Source: Rhizobiales bacterium Ga0077537
Lineage (GTDB): Bacteria; Pseudomonadota; Alphaproteobacteria; Rhizobiales; Hyphomicrobiaceae
Reading direction: 5' to 3'
Length of the DNA stretch: 64,000 bases
Assembly (NCBI GenBank): GCA_001464955.1
Contig: LNEM01000030.1
Location: 1,070,558-1,134,557, forward strand
Shown here: piece after piece, positions 1 to 9,198 of the stretch
Layout: each line of letters begins with the position of its first letter
Position numbering within the stretch: the stretch's first letter is position 1
Position numbers and translations under genes: made by a program
Notes under the pieces: generated by a model
The model's input: only the letters and a program-made list of their open reading frames with translations
Database searches by the model: none
What the model was told of the DNA's origin: nothing

Positions 1-390
1 GCATCCCCGCGAATAGAATCCGATGGCCCGCGCGGCGAGCGGCGCCGGGGATGCGGCGCTTCCGAAGAGCGCCTTGGCGGGAACGTCGGCTTTGGCTTCG
101 CCGGCGTCCGGCGCCGGGCCTGATGCGACAACACTGGTGGCTGCGGCTGTGGATTTGGCCGTGGGCCGCGTCTTGGTGGCTGCTGAGGCGGACGTGCTAC
201 TCCCAGGCGTCGCCGCCGCCGCCGCCCGGGCCCGCTTCTCCACCGGACGCTTTGGCGTGCCGGCTGTCTGTGCAGCGGCTCTGCCAATGGCCCCCGCCAC
301 GCTGTCTTCGCCAGCACTCTGCGCGCCGGCAGGTCCGATGCCGCCGCCAACGAGACAGGCTATCCCTGCGGCGAGTGCGAGTGTCCTCAT
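1..390 (-). CDS. mepA: penicillin-insensitive murein endopeptidase MepA-like, N-terminal fragment (gene continues past window start)
   Basis: Own minus-strand translation, open from ATG 390-388 (GGGGAG upstream) to base 1. It gives an MRTLALAAGIACLVGG signal peptide, an Ala/Thr/Ser-rich linker, then AKALFGSAASPAPLAARAIGFYSRGC, which resembles the SIGxxxxGC entry motif of MepA. Absent from the ORF track because no stop lies inside the window. Confidence 0.5.
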   Translation of the reverse strand, partial: MRTLALAAGIACLVGGGIGPAGAQSAGEDSVAGAIGRAAAQTAGTPKRPVEKRARAAAAATPGSSTSASAATKTRPTAKSTAAATSVVASGPAPDAGEAKADVPAKALFGSAASPAPLAARAIGFYSRGC

Positions 391-573
391 GACGCTCCCC
401 GGATCCTCGTGAGGTGGCGATCCCCGATGCCGGCTAGCCAGCGCTTCATCGGCATCCGGCGGCAGTATTCCATGACTGCTCGGTTCGCCGCCAAGAACGG
501 CAATCCATGATACCACGCAAAATGGGGCATCGGTACGACCGGTGCCACGTTGATTCCGCCCCTCGAATCGAAT

Positions 574-598
574 GGCCCCCGGATGCACTCCGGGGGCC
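574..598 (-). terminator. GC-rich hairpin downstream of the peroxiredoxin gene (candidate terminator)
   Basis: GGCCCCCGGA-tgcac-TCCGGGGGCC, a perfect 10-bp stem about 29 nt after the stop at 627. The T-tail on the minus strand is weak. Confidence 0.4.
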
Positions 599-626
599 AC
601 GCGCAGTCCGACTCAGGAATGCCGGA

Positions 627-1124
627 TCAGAGGCTCTTGTCGATCATCGAGCACAGCGTCTCGGCGCTCGACGAGCTGACCTGCCCGGGCTGTTCCTCGA
701 CGTTGAGCACCTTGACGATGCCGTTCTCGACCGCCATCGCGTATCGCTTCGAGCGGACGCCGAGGCCACGCGCCGAGAGGTCCATGTCGAGGCCGATCTT
801 CTTCGCGAAGTCGGCGGCACCGTCGGCGAGCATCGTCACCTTGCCGGCGGCGCCGGTCGCGCTCGCCCAGGCGTCCATGACGAAGACGTCGTTGACGGAC
901 GTGCAGCAGACGGCGTCGAAGCCCTTCGCCTTGAGCTGCTCCATGTTGGCGACGAAGCCAGGCATGTGCGTCTTGTGGCAGGTGGGCGTGAACGCGCCGG
1001 GCACGGCGAACAGCGCCACTTTCTTGCCGCCGAACACGTCGGCCGTCGTCATCGGCTTCGGACCCTCTGCGGTCATCGTCGTGAACGTCGCGTCGGGCAG
1101 CTTGTCACCAACCTTGATCGCCAT
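627..1124 (-). CDS. peroxiredoxin, Prx5-like (AhpC/TSA family)
   Basis: ORF 627..1343 trimmed to ATG 1124 (MAIKVGDKLPDATF). GKKVALFAVPGAFTPTCHKTHMPGF contains the PGAFTPTC peroxidatic-Cys motif of Prx5-type enzymes. Confidence 0.85.
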   Translation of the reverse strand: MAIKVGDKLPDATFTTMTAEGPKPMTTADVFGGKKVALFAVPGAFTPTCHKTHMPGFVANMEQLKAKGFDAVCCTSVNDVFVMDAWASATGAAGKVTMLADGAADFAKKIGLDMDLSARGLGVRSKRYAMAVENGIVKVLNVEEQPGQVSSSSAETLCSMIDKSL

Positions 1125-1452
1125 GGGAAGGGCTCCTGGTCTGTTGTGGGTGTGAGTGGGGGTGGCCGGGGACGCGTGCGGCCAATGTTCGTGCTGATCG
1201 CAGGTCCCGCTGGTGCGGCAACTTAACGGCAACGTCGTCCTGCGCCAAGCGCGAGTTGCCGAGCGTCGGCCGATCGGAGCGACGGTGGTGACGGAACGTG
1301 CATCCCCAATTGACTTGCCGCGCCCCTGTTGGAGATAATGCAAGGGCGGACGACAGGCGTGGCCATGAATTGCGCCTGTCGCGACGGCAGCTCGCGTACT
1401 GTCCGCAGGCGATAAACTTCAAACGACTGCCGCATCTTCGGGAGGACGACAC

Positions 1453-2406
1453 ATGACATCTCGCCATCTTGGCGCTCTGGGAGCTGCCGTTCTGGCGGTG
1501 GCTCTTTTTGCCGCTCCGGTCGCAGCTCAAACCAGGCTCACCTACTTCACGGGCCCGACGGGTGGCTCCTGGATTCCGATCGGCGGCGCCTTGAAGGTCA
1601 TGTGGGAGAAGGCGATTCCCGGCCTCTCCATCGAGAACCGTCCGGGCGCCGGCCTCGTCAATCTGAAGGCGATCGAGGAAGGCAAGGCCGAGATCGGGAT
1701 GGGCAACCTCATCACGACGGTCGACGCGCTCCAGGGCAAGGGCACCGGCATCACGCAGCCCTACACCAACGTCTGCCACATGGCGTCGCTCTACCCGCAG
1801 ATTGCCCAGTTCGTCGCCCGTGCCGATCTCGGCATCAAGTCGGTGGCTGATCTGAAGGACAAGAGCGTCGGCACGCTGCCCCGCGGCAATACCACGAACG
1901 AGGTCGGCGAGTGGATCATGGACGCCGCCGGCGTCGGGTTCAAAGGCGCGAGCAAGATGTCGTTCGCCAGCATTTCGGACATGGCGAACATGTTCAAGGA
2001 TGGCCAGATCGTCGCGTCGTTCATCGTGACGACGGAAGGCAGCGGCAGCATCAAGGACATGGCCAACAGCCGCCCCATCACGATGATCGACCTGGGCGAC
2101 GACATCATCGCGGCGCTGCAGAAGAAGAACGCTGGCTTCTTGCCCTACACGATGTCGAAGACGACCTATCCCGGCATGCAGTCCGACAACAAGACGGTCC
2201 AGTTCCCGGCCCATCTGATCGTGAGCTGCAAGCTCCCGGACGACCTCGCCTACAACATGGCGAAGGCCATGACCGAGGGCCTCCCCGACCTCGCCAACGT
2301 GAACGCGGTGTTCAAGGGCCAGACGGCCAAGGACTTCGGCGCCAAGGTCGATGTCAAATGGCACCCGGGTGCCCTGAAGTACTTCAAGGAAAAAGGCGTT
2401 CTCTGA
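1453..2406 (+). CDS. TAXI-family TRAP transporter solute-binding subunit
   Basis: Signal peptide MTSRHLGALGAAVLAVALFAAPVAAQ, then TRLTYFTGPTGGSWIPIGGAL, typical of TAXI receptors. Followed by the fused TRAP permease. Confidence 0.85.
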   Translation: MTSRHLGALGAAVLAVALFAAPVAAQTRLTYFTGPTGGSWIPIGGALKVMWEKAIPGLSIENRPGAGLVNLKAIEEGKAEIGMGNLITTVDALQGKGTGITQPYTNVCHMASLYPQIAQFVARADLGIKSVADLKDKSVGTLPRGNTTNEVGEWIMDAAGVGFKGASKMSFASISDMANMFKDGQIVASFIVTTEGSGSIKDMANSRPITMIDLGDDIIAALQKKNAGFLPYTMSKTTYPGMQSDNKTVQFPAHLIVSCKLPDDLAYNMAKAMTEGLPDLANVNAVFKGQTAKDFGAKVDVKWHPGALKYFKEKGVL

Positions 2407-2414
2407 CGCCGTCG

Positions 2415-2453
2415 GGCACGGGAGGCCGTCACCTCGGTGGCGGCCTTCGTGCC
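2415..2453 (+). terminator. intercistronic hairpin after the TAXI binding-protein gene (attenuator/terminator-like)
   Basis: GGCACGGGAGGCCGTCACC / GGTGGCGGCCTTCGTGCC, an imperfect long stem 9 nt after the stop, followed by ATTT. Confidence 0.4.
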
Positions 2454-2550
2454 ATTTGAGGTGCCCCATTTCGTTTGTGGGCATCCCTACGCCTTCACGC
2501 ATTCGCCTCCGATCGAATAGCGTTCGCACCCCCAGCCGGGACGGCCTCCG

Positions 2551-4422
2551 ATGTACAAGCGCATGACCGACATGCTCGTGATGCTGCTGAGCTTGGCATT
2601 CACGCTCTATCATCTCTACTGCGCATTGTTCGGCGTTCCGGAACCGATCTATTTCCGCGGCGTCCATCTGATGTTCGCGCTGGTGCTGACGTTCCTCATC
2701 TACACCGGCTTCAAGGTCGAGAAAGACGGAGCGCCGGGCTTTTTCGATTGGGTCTTCGTGGCAGGGTCGGTCGCCTCGATCGGCTACATGTTCGTCGAGT
2801 ACGAATACTTCATCTCGCGCTTCGCCACCGTCGACGACCTGAAACCGATGGACTGGTTCCTCGGACTTACGCTGGTCTTCCTGGTGCTTGAGGCGGCACG
2901 CCGCGTGCTGGGTGCGGCGCTGTCGATAACCGCGTTGGTGTTCATCGCCTATGCCCTGCTCTTCACGAGCCTCCAGCCGCAGATCATGCTTGATCAGGTC
3001 TACATGACCCTCGACGGCATCCTCGGCATCCCGATCAGCGTCTGCGCCACCTACATCGTGCTGTTCATCATCTTCGGCGCCTTCGTCGAAAAGACGGGCA
3101 CAGGCCAGTTGTTCATGGACTTCGGCATGGCCCTCGCCGGCGCCAAGCCCGGTGGCCCGGCCAAGGTCGCCGTCATCACGTCCGGCATGTTCGGCACCAT
3201 CTCGGGCAGCGCCGTCTCGAACGTCATGACGACGGGTGTGTTCACGATCCCGCTCATGAAGCGGATCGGCTATCGCCCGGCCTTCGCCGGCGCCGTCGAG
3301 GCGGTGGCGTCCACGGGCGGCCAGATCATGCCGCCGATCATGGGGGCGGCCGCCTTCGTCATGGCTGAGTATCTGGCCGTCAGCTATCTGACGGTCGCCG
3401 CCTACGCCATCATTCCGGCGTTCCTCTACTACCTTGCCGTCTACGCTGCGGTGCATTTCGAGGCGCGCCGCACCGGCATGAAGGGATTGCCCAAACCCGA
3501 CCTTCCGCAAATGGGCGTCGTACTTCGTGAGCGCGGCCACCAGTTTATCCCGCTCTTCGTCATCACGGGCGTGCTGCTCTACGGCTACTCCGCGCCCTAC
3601 GCGGCGATGTGGGGCATCGCGTCGGTGTTTCCCGTCGCAGCAATGCGCAGCACGACCCGCCAGTATGTGCGTCCGCGGATCTTGCTCGAAGCCCTGGTGC
3701 TTGCAGCGAAGGATACGTTGACCATCGCGACGGCCTGCGCCGTCGCGGGCATCGTCATCGGTGTCATCCTGCTCTCGGGCGTCGCCATCGAGTTCACCTC
3801 GTTCGTGGTCAATATGTCCCAGAACAATCTGGTACTGGCCCTGATCCTGACGGCACTGGCTGGCATCATCCTCGGCATGGGACTGCCGACGACGCCGGCT
3901 TACATCATCCAGGTGGCGTTGCTCGTACCGGCCGTCATCAAGCTCGGCGTGAAGCCCGAGGCGGCCCATCTGTTCGTCTTCTACTACTCCTGCCTGTCGA
4001 CGATTACGCCGCCGGTGGCCCTTGCGGTGTTCGCCGCCAAGGGCATCTCCGGTGGCAATCTCTGGGATACGGGTTGGGCGGCAGTCAAGCTCGGCGCAAC
4101 CGGTTACATCGTCCCGTTCATGTGCGTCTTCGGGCCCGCGCTGATGCTGATCGGCCCATGGCAGGACGTGCTGTTGTCATGCATCACCGCCCCGATCGGC
4201 GTTGTGTGCCTGGCTGCGGCGCTGCATGGGTATCTCCTCCGGGCGACGACCTGGTGGGAAACCATCATGTTGTTCGCGGCGGCGATGGTCCTGATCACCC
4301 CCGGCCTGGTGACCGACCTTATCGGCATCGTCCTCGTGACTTTGACCATCCTCAGCCAGAAGTTCATCGACCGTCCCGAGACGGCTGGAGAAATCGCTGC
4401 CCAGTCTCCTGCCGCCGAGTAA
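2551..4422 (+). CDS. TRAP transporter fused permease subunit (TAXI-associated, DctQ/DctM-like fusion)
   Basis: 623-aa highly hydrophobic polytopic protein directly downstream of the TAXI receptor. Size and position match fused TRAP permeases. Confidence 0.85.
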   Translation: MYKRMTDMLVMLLSLAFTLYHLYCALFGVPEPIYFRGVHLMFALVLTFLIYTGFKVEKDGAPGFFDWVFVAGSVASIGYMFVEYEYFISRFATVDDLKPMDWFLGLTLVFLVLEAARRVLGAALSITALVFIAYALLFTSLQPQIMLDQVYMTLDGILGIPISVCATYIVLFIIFGAFVEKTGTGQLFMDFGMALAGAKPGGPAKVAVITSGMFGTISGSAVSNVMTTGVFTIPLMKRIGYRPAFAGAVEAVASTGGQIMPPIMGAAAFVMAEYLAVSYLTVAAYAIIPAFLYYLAVYAAVHFEARRTGMKGLPKPDLPQMGVVLRERGHQFIPLFVITGVLLYGYSAPYAAMWGIASVFPVAAMRSTTRQYVRPRILLEALVLAAKDTLTIATACAVAGIVIGVILLSGVAIEFTSFVVNMSQNNLVLALILTALAGIILGMGLPTTPAYIIQVALLVPAVIKLGVKPEAAHLFVFYYSCLSTITPPVALAVFAAKGISGGNLWDTGWAAVKLGATGYIVPFMCVFGPALMLIGPWQDVLLSCITAPIGVVCLAAALHGYLLRATTWWETIMLFAAAMVLITPGLVTDLIGIVLVTLTILSQKFIDRPETAGEIAAQSPAAE

Positions 4423-4622
4423 AGCTGCGCTCGAAGATCAGGCTGAAGGATCAGCCGGAATCGCGACTGCTGCCTTGACTCGTCTCGGGGCGTCTGGAAA
4501 TGTGCGCATGCGCTGGACGCAGTCTGGCTAGGCTTGGCTCGACTTGTCCCTCACGCGGGGTCAAGCTGGAGAAGAGCAGCTGGAAGACGCGCAGGAAGCG
4601 CGCAATTCCTAGGGAGGTTGTC

Positions 4623-5648
4623 TTGAATATCATCCGCATTTCGCGGCGTGCTGCGCTGTCCGCATGCGCCATTGTGGCTTTCGGTGCTGTTGGCGCCCAG
4701 GCCGAGACCAAACATCGCCTCGAGATTTCCCTGGAGACGGGGCCGAACCACATCCGTAACATCGGCGTGACCGAGTGGATCGAGGACCTCATGAAGCGCT
4801 CGAACGGGCGCATCGAGGCGAAGATCTACCACGGCGCCGCCAAGTTCAAGGACACCGACGTCCCCAAGGCCCTGAACCAGGGCGCTCTCGACATGGGCTA
4901 TCCGGGCACGTGGCAGCTCGGCAAGTTCGTCGAGGATTTCGACGCCCCGGATCTTCCGATCTTCTACGGCCGCACGCGCGAGCAGGTCTACAAGGTCTGG
5001 GACGGCCCTGCCGGCAAGCAGGTCGTCGACAAGATCGAGAAGAAGCTCGGCGTCAAGGTCATCGGCCCCTGGCTCGACCTCGGCTTCGGCCAGACGTTCT
5101 CGGTCAAGGCCGAGATCAAGACGCACGAGGACATGAAGAACCTGAAGATCCGCATTCCCGGCGGCTCGGCGAACATCGCCCGCTATCAGGTTCTCGAGGC
5201 CAACCCGCTCAAGATTGCATGGCCCGACGTGGCGCAAGCCCTGCAGCGCGGCACCATCGACGGCCTGTTCACGACCTTCGAGTCGACCCGCAGCGCCAAG
5301 CTTTGGGATTCCGGTGTCAAGTTCGCCTACGTGAACAACCAGACGTTCCTGCAGTACCTCCCGACCATCAGCGGCAAGGCCTGGGCCTCCTACCCGAAGG
5401 ATATCCAGGACCTGATCGTTTCGTCATGGGCCGAGAAGGTCGGCAGCCTGCGTGATCGCGCAAATGAGCGCCAGAACGAGGCACGCGAGGACGCGAAGAA
5501 GAACGGCATCACCGTTCATGACGCGTCCAAGGCCGATCTCGACGCCACCCGCGCCAAACTGATGGCCAAGCAGGACGAACTCGTGAAGGAACTCAAGATC
5601 GACCCCGAGCTGGTGAAGTCGATCGCAGCGACGCTGTCCGGAACATGA
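4623..5648 (+). CDS. TRAP transporter substrate-binding protein, DctP family
   Basis: ORF 4500..5648 trimmed to in-frame TTG 4623 with AGGGAGG upstream. Signal peptide (M)NIIRISRRAALSACAIVAFGAVGAQA. DctP-like body, followed by DctQ and DctM genes. Confidence 0.8.
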   Translation: MNIIRISRRAALSACAIVAFGAVGAQAETKHRLEISLETGPNHIRNIGVTEWIEDLMKRSNGRIEAKIYHGAAKFKDTDVPKALNQGALDMGYPGTWQLGKFVEDFDAPDLPIFYGRTREQVYKVWDGPAGKQVVDKIEKKLGVKVIGPWLDLGFGQTFSVKAEIKTHEDMKNLKIRIPGGSANIARYQVLEANPLKIAWPDVAQALQRGTIDGLFTTFESTRSAKLWDSGVKFAYVNNQTFLQYLPTISGKAWASYPKDIQDLIVSSWAEKVGSLRDRANERQNEAREDAKKNGITVHDASKADLDATRAKLMAKQDELVKELKIDPELVKSIAATLSGT

Positions 5649-5728
5649 CGTGACGATCGGGGATCGCGCGCAGCAATCTGCCCGATCCTCGATCCCGGCG
5701 TGATGGCTTGACACTGACGACAGATCTC

Positions 5729-5760
5729 CCCGGCGGCGGATGAAAGTCTGAGCCGCCGGG
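5729..5760 (+). terminator. intercistronic hairpin between dctP-like and dctQ-like genes
   Basis: CCCGGCGGC-N14-GCCGCCGGG, a perfect 9-bp GC stem with no T-tract. It more likely acts as a processing/attenuation element than a full terminator. Confidence 0.35.
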
Positions 5761-5817
5761 CAGTGTTACCTACCCTTGCCGCAGAGCCGCCCACCGCTCG
5801 CATCTGGATCGCCGAAC

Positions 5818-6324
5818 ATGCTCGAGAAATTCGAGAACGCCTTGATGGCGCTGCTCGCCGTGCTCAGTCTTGGGCTCGTCAGCACAGAGGTGGCGCTGCG
5901 CTACTTCTTCCCGCGCTACCTCACGGACTACGGGATGGAGTTCACCATCTACTTCACCGTCTGGGCGATCTTCCTTGCCGGCGGTCCACTGGTCCGCGAA
6001 GGGCGCCATGTTCGTGCGGACATTCTTCTTCTCTTGCTGCCGCCGGTCGCCCAACGCGTTCTCGAGATCGTTGCGCTTCTGGTCGGTCTTGCCTTCGCGG
6101 TGACGCTGTCCTGGTACGGCTGGCAGATGGTGCTGAGTTCGATCGATCTCGGCGAAAAGAGCGAAAGCTCGGCCAAGTTCCCACTCTATCTTTACTACAT
6201 GGCGCTTCCGTTCGGCACGACGCTGATGATCCCGCCGTTCCTGTATCGCCTCTACCTCTACATCTTCCGCTTCGACGCGAGCACGATGCTCGTGACCGCC
6301 GATCACGTCGCTCGCGACAAGTAG
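5818..6324 (+). CDS. TRAP transporter small permease, DctQ family
   Basis: ORF 5776..6324 trimmed to ATG 5818 (MLEKFENALMALLAVLSLGLV). About 4 TM segments. Located between the DctP and DctM genes. Confidence 0.8.
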   Translation: MLEKFENALMALLAVLSLGLVSTEVALRYFFPRYLTDYGMEFTIYFTVWAIFLAGGPLVREGRHVRADILLLLLPPVAQRVLEIVALLVGLAFAVTLSWYGWQMVLSSIDLGEKSESSAKFPLYLYYMALPFGTTLMIPPFLYRLYLYIFRFDASTMLVTADHVARDK

Positions 6325-6343
6325 ACCGGAAACTGGACAGAGC

Positions 6344-7624
6344 ATGACGCCCTTCATCGCAATCGGTCTACTGTTCACGTTTCTGCTGATCGGCCTGCCG
6401 ATCTACCTGTCTCTCGGCTTCCTGGCACTGTTGCTGTTCTGGCATGAGGGAACGCCCCTCATTTCGCTGCCCCAGCTTCTCGTCGACCATCTGAACTCCG
6501 AAACGCTGCTTGCGATCCCGCTGTTCGTGATTGCGGCCACGTTCATGCAGAAAGGCGGCGTTGCCGGCGCCTTGATCGATTGTGCGCAAGCCTGGGTCGG
6601 CCGCGCGCGCGGCGGCCTGGCTCTGGTGGCAGTACTCGCCTGCACTATCTTTGCGGCCATCTGCGGCTCGTCCGTCGCGACGGCGGTCGCCATCGGCTCG
6701 GTCCTCATCCCGGCGATGATCGCCCGCAAGTACGAGCCCCATTTCGCTCTGGGCGTCGTCGGCGCCTCGGGAACGCTCGGTATCCTGATCCCGCCGAGCC
6801 TTGCCATGATCGTCTACGCGGTCATCGCCGAGGAGAGCGTGCCGCGACTGTTCCTGGCAGGTGTCATTCCGGGCCTTCTGCAGGCGACGCTGTTCATCGC
6901 CTGGATCATGATCTACGCGCGCCTCCGGAATTATCCCGTAGAGCCGCCGATCCCGCGCGACGACTTCGTTCGCATGAACGTCAATGCGATTCCGGCCCTG
7001 ATGATTCCTGTGATCATCCTTGGCGGCATCTACAGTGGAATCGTGACCGTCACCGAGGCCGCTGGCGTGGCCGCTTTGGTGGCGATCTTCCAAGCCTTGT
7101 TCATCTATCGGGGCGTCAAGTTCGGCGATATCGTCGGCACGTTGGCGGAATCGATCAAGCTCACGGCCTCGATCGTCTTCATCATCATCGGCGCGCTGGC
7201 GTTCGGCCACTGGATCACGAGCGCCGGCGTGGCCGAGACCCTCGTCAACTACGTCAAGACCCTGAACCTCGAGGCGTGGCAGTTCCTGATATTCATCAAC
7301 GTCGTGATGCTGATCCTCGGCATGTTCCTCGAGGTCTTCGCCATCATCCTTATCGTCGTGCCGCTGATCCTGCCGATCCTGAAAGCCCTGGACATCAACC
7401 TGATCCACTTCGGCATCGTGCTCGTGATCAACATGGAGATCGCACTGATCTCGCCGCCGATCGGCCTCAACCTGTTCGTGCTGTCGTCGATCTCGAAACA
7501 GCCAATCATGGTCGCAATTCGCGGCATCATCCCGTTCCTGCTGATAATGCTGGGCTTGTTGATCCTGGTCACCTACGTGCCCGCAGTGTCGCTGTGGCTG
7601 CCGGACCTCGTCTATAGCAAGTAG
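6344..7624 (+). CDS. TRAP transporter large permease, DctM family
   Basis: 426-aa polytopic membrane protein (MTPFIAIGLLFTFLLIGLPIYLSLGF). Canonical DctM size and position. Confidence 0.9.
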   Translation: MTPFIAIGLLFTFLLIGLPIYLSLGFLALLLFWHEGTPLISLPQLLVDHLNSETLLAIPLFVIAATFMQKGGVAGALIDCAQAWVGRARGGLALVAVLACTIFAAICGSSVATAVAIGSVLIPAMIARKYEPHFALGVVGASGTLGILIPPSLAMIVYAVIAEESVPRLFLAGVIPGLLQATLFIAWIMIYARLRNYPVEPPIPRDDFVRMNVNAIPALMIPVIILGGIYSGIVTVTEAAGVAALVAIFQALFIYRGVKFGDIVGTLAESIKLTASIVFIIIGALAFGHWITSAGVAETLVNYVKTLNLEAWQFLIFINVVMLILGMFLEVFAIILIVVPLILPILKALDINLIHFGIVLVINMEIALISPPIGLNLFVLSSISKQPIMVAIRGIIPFLLIMLGLLILVTYVPAVSLWLPDLVYSK

Positions 7625-7682
7625 CGCGCACGGGCTCTTCGTAAGCCCGGGCCGCACGGTCGAGACGAATGGCGGCGCGGGT

Positions 7683-8459
7683 CTACCGCGCCGCTTTCCG
7701 TTTGGCCCGCTCGGCGACGAACGCCGCCATCACGCGCTGCGGTTCGCCCGTCGCCATCGCTTCGAACGTGGCCCGGACCCCGGCCGCGGTCGCCGCATCG
7801 AAACCCGCCTGCGTCGTCTCCCGGAACCTCTGCTTCGTCAGGCGAAAGGCTGCGGGTGGGACCGCGAGCAGCTCGCGCGCGGCATCGCACGCCGCCTCGA
7901 CCAGCGTCTCTTGTGGCGCCAGCCGGTTCGCCAATCCGATCTCGACCGCCCGTGTGCCCGTGATGAGACCGCCCGCGAGCGACATTTCAAGGTTGTGGCC
8001 GTGCCCGAGATAGAGACTCAGCATGTAGCTGCCGACGATGCTGGCGAGGCCGGCTTTCACTTCCGGTTGCCCGATGCGCGCCTCGGCATGCGTGACCCTG
8101 AGATCGGCCGAGAGCCCGATCTGCATGCCGCCGCCGGCAGCGATGCCGTTCCATGCCGCCACGCACGGCTTGGAAAGATCGCGCACGGCTTGGTACATGC
8201 CGCGCATGCCGTCGCACCATTGCCGGACGTCCGCCATCGTGTAGGAGAGCGTCTCGGCGATATCCTGCCCCGCAGAGAAGGCTTTTCCTGCGCCGGTCAG
8301 AACCACTGCCGCGACCGAGGCGTCGCGCTCGGCCTCGATAAGGGCCGTGGTGAGATCCTCGCGAAGCTGCCGGCTGATTGCGTTCATGACGTCGGGCCGG
8401 TTGAGCGTGATCAGTCGCACTCCGTCGCGGTCTCCGATCAAGACTGTCTCTGCCACCAT
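7683..8459 (-). CDS. enoyl-CoA hydratase/isomerase (crotonase) family protein
   Basis: VVLTGAGKAFSAGQDI and WNGIAAGGGMQIGLSADLRV are crotonase oxyanion-hole motifs. 258 aa. Confidence 0.85.
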   Translation of the reverse strand: MVAETVLIGDRDGVRLITLNRPDVMNAISRQLREDLTTALIEAERDASVAAVVLTGAGKAFSAGQDIAETLSYTMADVRQWCDGMRGMYQAVRDLSKPCVAAWNGIAAGGGMQIGLSADLRVTHAEARIGQPEVKAGLASIVGSYMLSLYLGHGHNLEMSLAGGLITGTRAVEIGLANRLAPQETLVEAACDAARELLAVPPAAFRLTKQRFRETTQAGFDAATAAGVRATFEAMATGEPQRVMAAFVAERAKRKAAR

Positions 8460-8657
8460 GGGTTGTCTCCCGTTGAGCTGACTTCTTATGCGCGCACCTC
8501 GAGATCATTGTTCCCGCTCGTTGCCTCGGTAACGGGCGGAGTTCGTCACTTTTTTCATTTAATCCGTAGACGAAATAAATCGCCTGACGCATGATATCGT
8601 CATGCACTCGACACAAATCGTGTTTCGGCGAATGAGCAAGTTCAGGAATTGCAGTCG

Positions 8658-8867
8658 ATGACGGCAGACATCGTCAATTTGAGGCAGGCCCGCAAGCAGA
8701 AGCTCCGCGCGGAGAAAGCCACAAAGGCCTCGGAGAACAGAAGTCTGTTTGGCCGCTCGCGAGCACAACGCGATCACGAAGACGCCACGCGCACGCTCCA
8801 GGAAAAGGCGCTCTCCCTTCACCGGAGAGGCGACCATCCGGCCTCCGGTCCCAAGTCGGACGACTGA
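8658..8867 (+). CDS. DUF4169-like small basic protein
   Basis: MTADIVNLRQARKQKLRAEKATKASENRSLFGRSRAQRD. The pattern (IVNLRxARKxKxR...ENRxxxGR) matches my recollection of DUF4169 proteins of alphaproteobacteria. Confidence 0.6.
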   Translation: MTADIVNLRQARKQKLRAEKATKASENRSLFGRSRAQRDHEDATRTLQEKALSLHRRGDHPASGPKSDD

Positions 8868-8910
8868 CGGTCAGCTCGTCCATCCTGTCTTGAGGTAGCT
8901 TCATCCCACC

Positions 8911-9135
8911 ATGCCAAGGCCACTCAAACGATCGTTCACGATCGGTGGGCATCGCACATCGATTTCGCTCGAAGCCCCTTTCTGGCAAGCGCTGAAGGAT
9001 ATCGCGCGTCAGGAGAGGGTATCGCTGGCGAACCTTGTCCAGCGCGTCGATGCCAGCCGCGGTGATGGCGGCCTGTCCAGCGCGGTCCGCATCTGGATAC
9101 TGGAGTACTATCGGCAGGGCCCGCCGACAGCCTGA
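8911..9135 (+). CDS. ribbon-helix-helix domain protein (RHH_4-like)
   Basis: KRSFTIGGHRTSISLEAPFWQALKDIARQERVSLANLVQRVD. The pattern resembles the RHH family that usually neighbours DUF4169 genes. Confidence 0.6.
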   Translation: MPRPLKRSFTIGGHRTSISLEAPFWQALKDIARQERVSLANLVQRVDASRGDGGLSSAVRIWILEYYRQGPPTA

Positions 9136-9198
9136 TCCCATACCGGTCGATCTTTCGTAGTTCGCTCGGGACGCTCCGTCGGCTATGGGTAGCCGCTT

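Noticed and set aside
1105-3969. 954-aa minus-strand ORF spanning the TAXI-TRAP genes
   Set aside because: Its Arg/Asp/Gly/His-rich, low-complexity translation is typical of shadow ORFs in high-GC DNA. It lies antisense to two genes with clear family signatures.
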